From the NCBI GenBank assembly GCA_051294375.1, contig CM119266.1, forward strand, positions 9,680,538-9,744,537: a DNA stretch of 64,000 nt, given 5' to 3'. Both the position numbers and the translations under genes were made by a program. The notes beneath the pieces are model-generated. The model was not told where the DNA came from. It did no database searches and worked only from the letters and a program-made list of their open reading frames with translations. The stretch's first letter is position 1. Every line of letters starts with the position of its first letter. This stretch comes from Paraspadella gotoi (Eukaryota > Animalia > Chaetognatha). Shown here piece by piece: positions 60,401-64,000 of the stretch.

Positions 60401-63400
60401 AGATATCAAGGAACCAGAAAAAACTAAAGATGATCCAATCATTGTTTCTTTCAAACCAGATATCAAGGAACCAGAAAAAATTAAAGAAGATCCAACCTTT
60501 GTTTCCATCAAACCAGATGACAAGGAACCAGAAAAACCTAAAGATGATCCAATCATTGTTTCTATCAAACCAGACGACAAGGAACCAGAAAAAACTAAAG
60601 ATGATCCAATCATTGTTTCTATCAAACCAGATGTCAAGGAACCAGAAAAAATTAAAGATGATCCAACCATTGTTTCAATCAAACCAGATGTCAAGGAACC
60701 AGAAAAAATTAAAGAGGATCCATTCATTGTTTCTATCAAACCAGATGTCAAGGAACCAGAAAAAATTAAAGATGATCCAACCATTGTTTATATCAAACCA
60801 GACAACAAGAAACCAGAAAAACCTAAGATTGATCCAACAATTGTTTCTATCAGATCAGATGACAAGGAACCAGAAAAAACTAAAGATGATTTAAATATTG
60901 TTTCTAATAAACCAGATGACAAGGAACCAGAAAAAACTAAAGATGATCCAACCGTTGTTTTTATCAAACCAGATGACAAGGAACCAGAAAAAACTGAAGA
61001 CGCTCCAGCTATTGTTTATATAAAACCAAATATAAAAAAATTAGATGATAAAATAACAGAAAACACCCCAGAGGATCCAACAGTCATTTCCATCAAACCA
61101 GATATAAAAAAACCTGATGATAAAGTACCTTGGAAAACTCCAGTTGTTTCCCTCAAACCAGATGATGTATCAATCAAACCAGAAATAGAAAAAAAAGTAT
61201 CAGAACCAAGCAGTGTTACTGTTACTGCACCTCACCAAATTGATGCTCCATTATCAGATTTTCTACCACCAGATAATCTTTTAAATAAATTGAATGAAAA
61301 TATGGTTGATGAAAATGTTACTGTGTCAAAACCAACAGTTACATATTTGGATGACCCTGATGAAAAAGGAAAAGAGAAGATAGAGCCAGTAATTGAAAAG
61401 CCTGTAGCCCAAGTTTTGGACAATAGCAAGCCTTCAAAGCCTTTGGTTGGACAAATAACAATATCAGATACCACTGATGATGCAGATTACAAAAGTCAAC
61501 AACCGCAAGGAAATAATGATGATTTAAATGATGAATCAAAACCATTAAATATTGAAACAAAAGGACCAACTGAACCTGTTTCAGTTGGCCAAATAACAAT
61601 TTTAGAACAACCTCCTGATAGTCATATTGATACGAAATATGACATGGATGAAACAGTTCCATCTCTTAATGGTAAAGAATTAGAAGCTTTTAATGAATTA
61701 ACAAATTCTTTAAGGGAAACAGAGAAAAAGCCAGTGGGGAGCAACTTATCACACAGTGATCAATTTTATGATTGTGAGTCAAATGTAGATACAGAGATCT
61801 TGCTTGAACCACTCAGGATAAAACCCAATGAAAAAAATAAACAGAATGAAGATGACCATCCCCTTGCAGAAAACAGAGATACCGTCAAAGAAATAACTGA
61901 GAGTGAACCCTTATATTTTAAATTACCAGAATGGCATTTGCCAGACTTCCCTGAAAATGAGATAAATAAAAGTGAGGAAGTTGAAAAACCTGAAGTTGAA
62001 GTTATTTCTCCTAAAAAGGAGGGGTCTGTTTTTCAACTACCCGATCTTAATTTACCAGATATTGGGGAAACTGGCCTGTCTGTTCAGAAAGAAAGTTCTA
62101 ATAGTTTAGAAGGCACAGAACCTGCAGTAGAAAAGCCACAAATAAATGAGAGTGAAGATGAAATTAAAGAAAATGAAAAGGAAAACAAGAATATGAATGG
62201 AATTCATATAACATTACCTGATTGGCATTTGCCTAGGCAGGTATTAAAAGATAATTTGGATAATAATATTTCAGAACCTTCCAATGAAATAGACAGTACC
62301 AATGAAAAGATGAAATTTCCTGACTGGAAGTTTCCGAGCCTTAACTTACCAAGCCTTAATTTTGGAAAAGAAAAAGAAAATCTTGAGGAAGAAACGGAAC
62401 AAATTTTAGAGGAACCAAATTTAGAGGGTGAAAGTGAGCAAATAAATTTTGAAGACCATGAAATTAAAGGATTGCATTTTAATTTACCTGAGTGGGAAGT
62501 ACCAGATCTTGCAGTTGAAGATTTAAAAGAAAACCGTGTTGATACCGATAATGATACTTCCAGACTCAACTTCAAAATGCCCGATTTCAGTTTACCACGA
62601 ATTAATAAATCTTCAGAAATTAATGATAGTACTACCCATGAGCAAGATAGTGCTTCAGATTTAAATGTTGATCAAGATCTTGAAGTAATCATTGAAGAAG
62701 CGGAAGAAAATCCAGATGAATCAAAGAAGAATGGGTTTCAGTTCAATTTACCAGACTGGCATCTTCCAAGAAACATAGATACTGCACGAACAGAACCAAC
62801 TGATAAAAATGTAAATTTCAAGTTGCCTGATTGGTCATTACCTAATATTAGTTTAAAAAAATCAAATGACAAATTGAATGACAAAAATACAGAAGTAGTA
62901 GCCTCTGAGGATAGTAATTTAAAATCTGAAGAATCTGGATTTAATTTCAGTTTACCTAAATTTAAATTACCTAATCTTAGTCTTGATAGAAAGGGGGAGG
63001 AAACAGAGAGAGCTACTGATGATGCAAACATAAATCAGGACCTGGAGGTCACTATTGAAGAGTCAGAAGCTGGCACTAATATTGATGAAAAGGTAAAAGG
63101 GCCACAGTTTAATCTACCGGATTTTTCTCTCCCAAAACTAAACAAACCAGAAACGGATATTGCCATTTCAGGACAAGCTCCAAGTTTCAAATTACCTGAT
63201 TGGCAATTACCAAGTCTAGGTATTAAAAAAGATAAAGGAGTCGAACCTGTACTGGAAAAAGAAAATGATGTTAATGTGAAAAATGATGGTCGTGGATTAA
63301 ATTTCAAGTTACCAAATTGGAAACTACCTTCTCTCAATACAGAAAAGCAAAACAAAGTGAAAGATGCGAAAAGTTCTGCTTTTGAAATGGAAGAAGAAGA

Positions 63401-64000
63401 TGAAAATTATGGATACAATGTCATGTTGCAATATCAAGTTATTGTAGAAGAAGTTGAAAGCAGTCTTGATGAAAACCAATATGCATCCGTTGATGCTGAT
63501 ATAAGCCAAATTAATGAAGAAAAAAAAGAATTACAATTAGAATTACCTGATTGGCATTTGCCAAAAATGCAGTCAAAACTAAATGAACCAGAAGGAAATG
63601 AAGATTCTGATGAAGCAAATTCTGGAATTGACTTTAAGTTACCAGATTTGAAATTCCCATCATTAAATCTGAAAGGTTCAGAAGAAAATGGAAGTTTACC
63701 AGAAAAAACTCAAAATTTAGATTTTAATAAGTCAAATTTCAAATTGCCTAACTGGAAATTACCTAATGTCAATTTTGATCCAAATTTACCTGATTGGAAA
63801 CTACCCTCTATGAATCTTAAAACACCAAAATTGAAAGATAAAGTTGATTCAGAAACAGAATTTATCGAAGAGGAACAAGATCTAGAAGCAACAATTGAAG
63901 AAATAGGTTTTGAAAAAAATCAAGCTCAAGATGAGAGCATCAATATAGAGAGCAAGGGATTACAGTTTAACCTTCCTGAATTTAAGGTCCCAAGTATAAA
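57484..64000 (+). CDS. Giant repetitive acidic protein, 3' end outside window; exon 57484-57601 and a very large exon from 58773; apparent frameshifts at ~59560-60110
   Basis: gaa g|gtgagt donor joins in phase 1 to ag|ac tcg gat; frame appears open from ~60110 to the window end; repeated F-x-L-P-[DEKN]-[WF]-x-L-P motifs. Confidence 0.75.
59429..61110 (+). repeat. 57-bp coding tandem array (19 aa KPDDKEPEKTKDDPTIVSI), roughly 29 copies
   Basis: Unit aaaccagatgacaaggaaccagaaaaaactaaagatgatccaaccattgtttctatc repeated directly. Confidence 0.95.

Noticed and set aside
59429-61110. Tandem array as CRISPR
   Set aside because: Contiguous 57-bp coding units without unique spacers; eukaryotic context; no cas genes.

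Overview
Compact metazoan (invertebrate-type) nuclear DNA with GC/CpG-rich exons, AT-rich spacers and mostly 60-100 bp GT-AG introns; the organism cannot be named from the sequence. From base 1 to 52,651 about 27 consecutive genes all lie on the + strand: PIF1, MAX, ESF1, ARL2, a tail-anchored orphan, FDXACB1, EBAG9, VDAC, COX6B1, RIMOC1/C5orf51, BLOC1S1, a divergent VDAC-like gene, RASSF1-like, acylphosphatase, SPOP-like MATH-BTB, a PLEKHA5/6/7-like PH protein, a partial duplicate of it, HMGCL, a JmjC/cupin protein, PGPEP1, an SPFH protein, a cystatin, a 2-TM orphan, an F-box/MIF4G fusion, PIGO, a putative myristoylated orphan and MSH5. Stop-to-start gaps go down to about 60-110 bp, and unpaired pyrimidine-rich AG acceptors sit just before many ATGs, which suggests trans-spliced polycistronic (operon-like) expression. 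A convergent minus-strand coiled-coil CaaX gene ends the run. It is followed by a giant repetitive gene (57-bp tandem array plus AHNAK/periaxin-like LPxW/FxLP motifs) that runs off the window. Highlights: the long co-oriented cluster, an F-box fused to an eIF4G-type MIF4G domain, a truncated VDAC paralog with a C-terminal helical tail, a new gene born by tandem duplication that copied the HMGCL upstream/start region, and a DINE-1/Helentron-like element. All calls come from motif recognition by eye; no searches were run.
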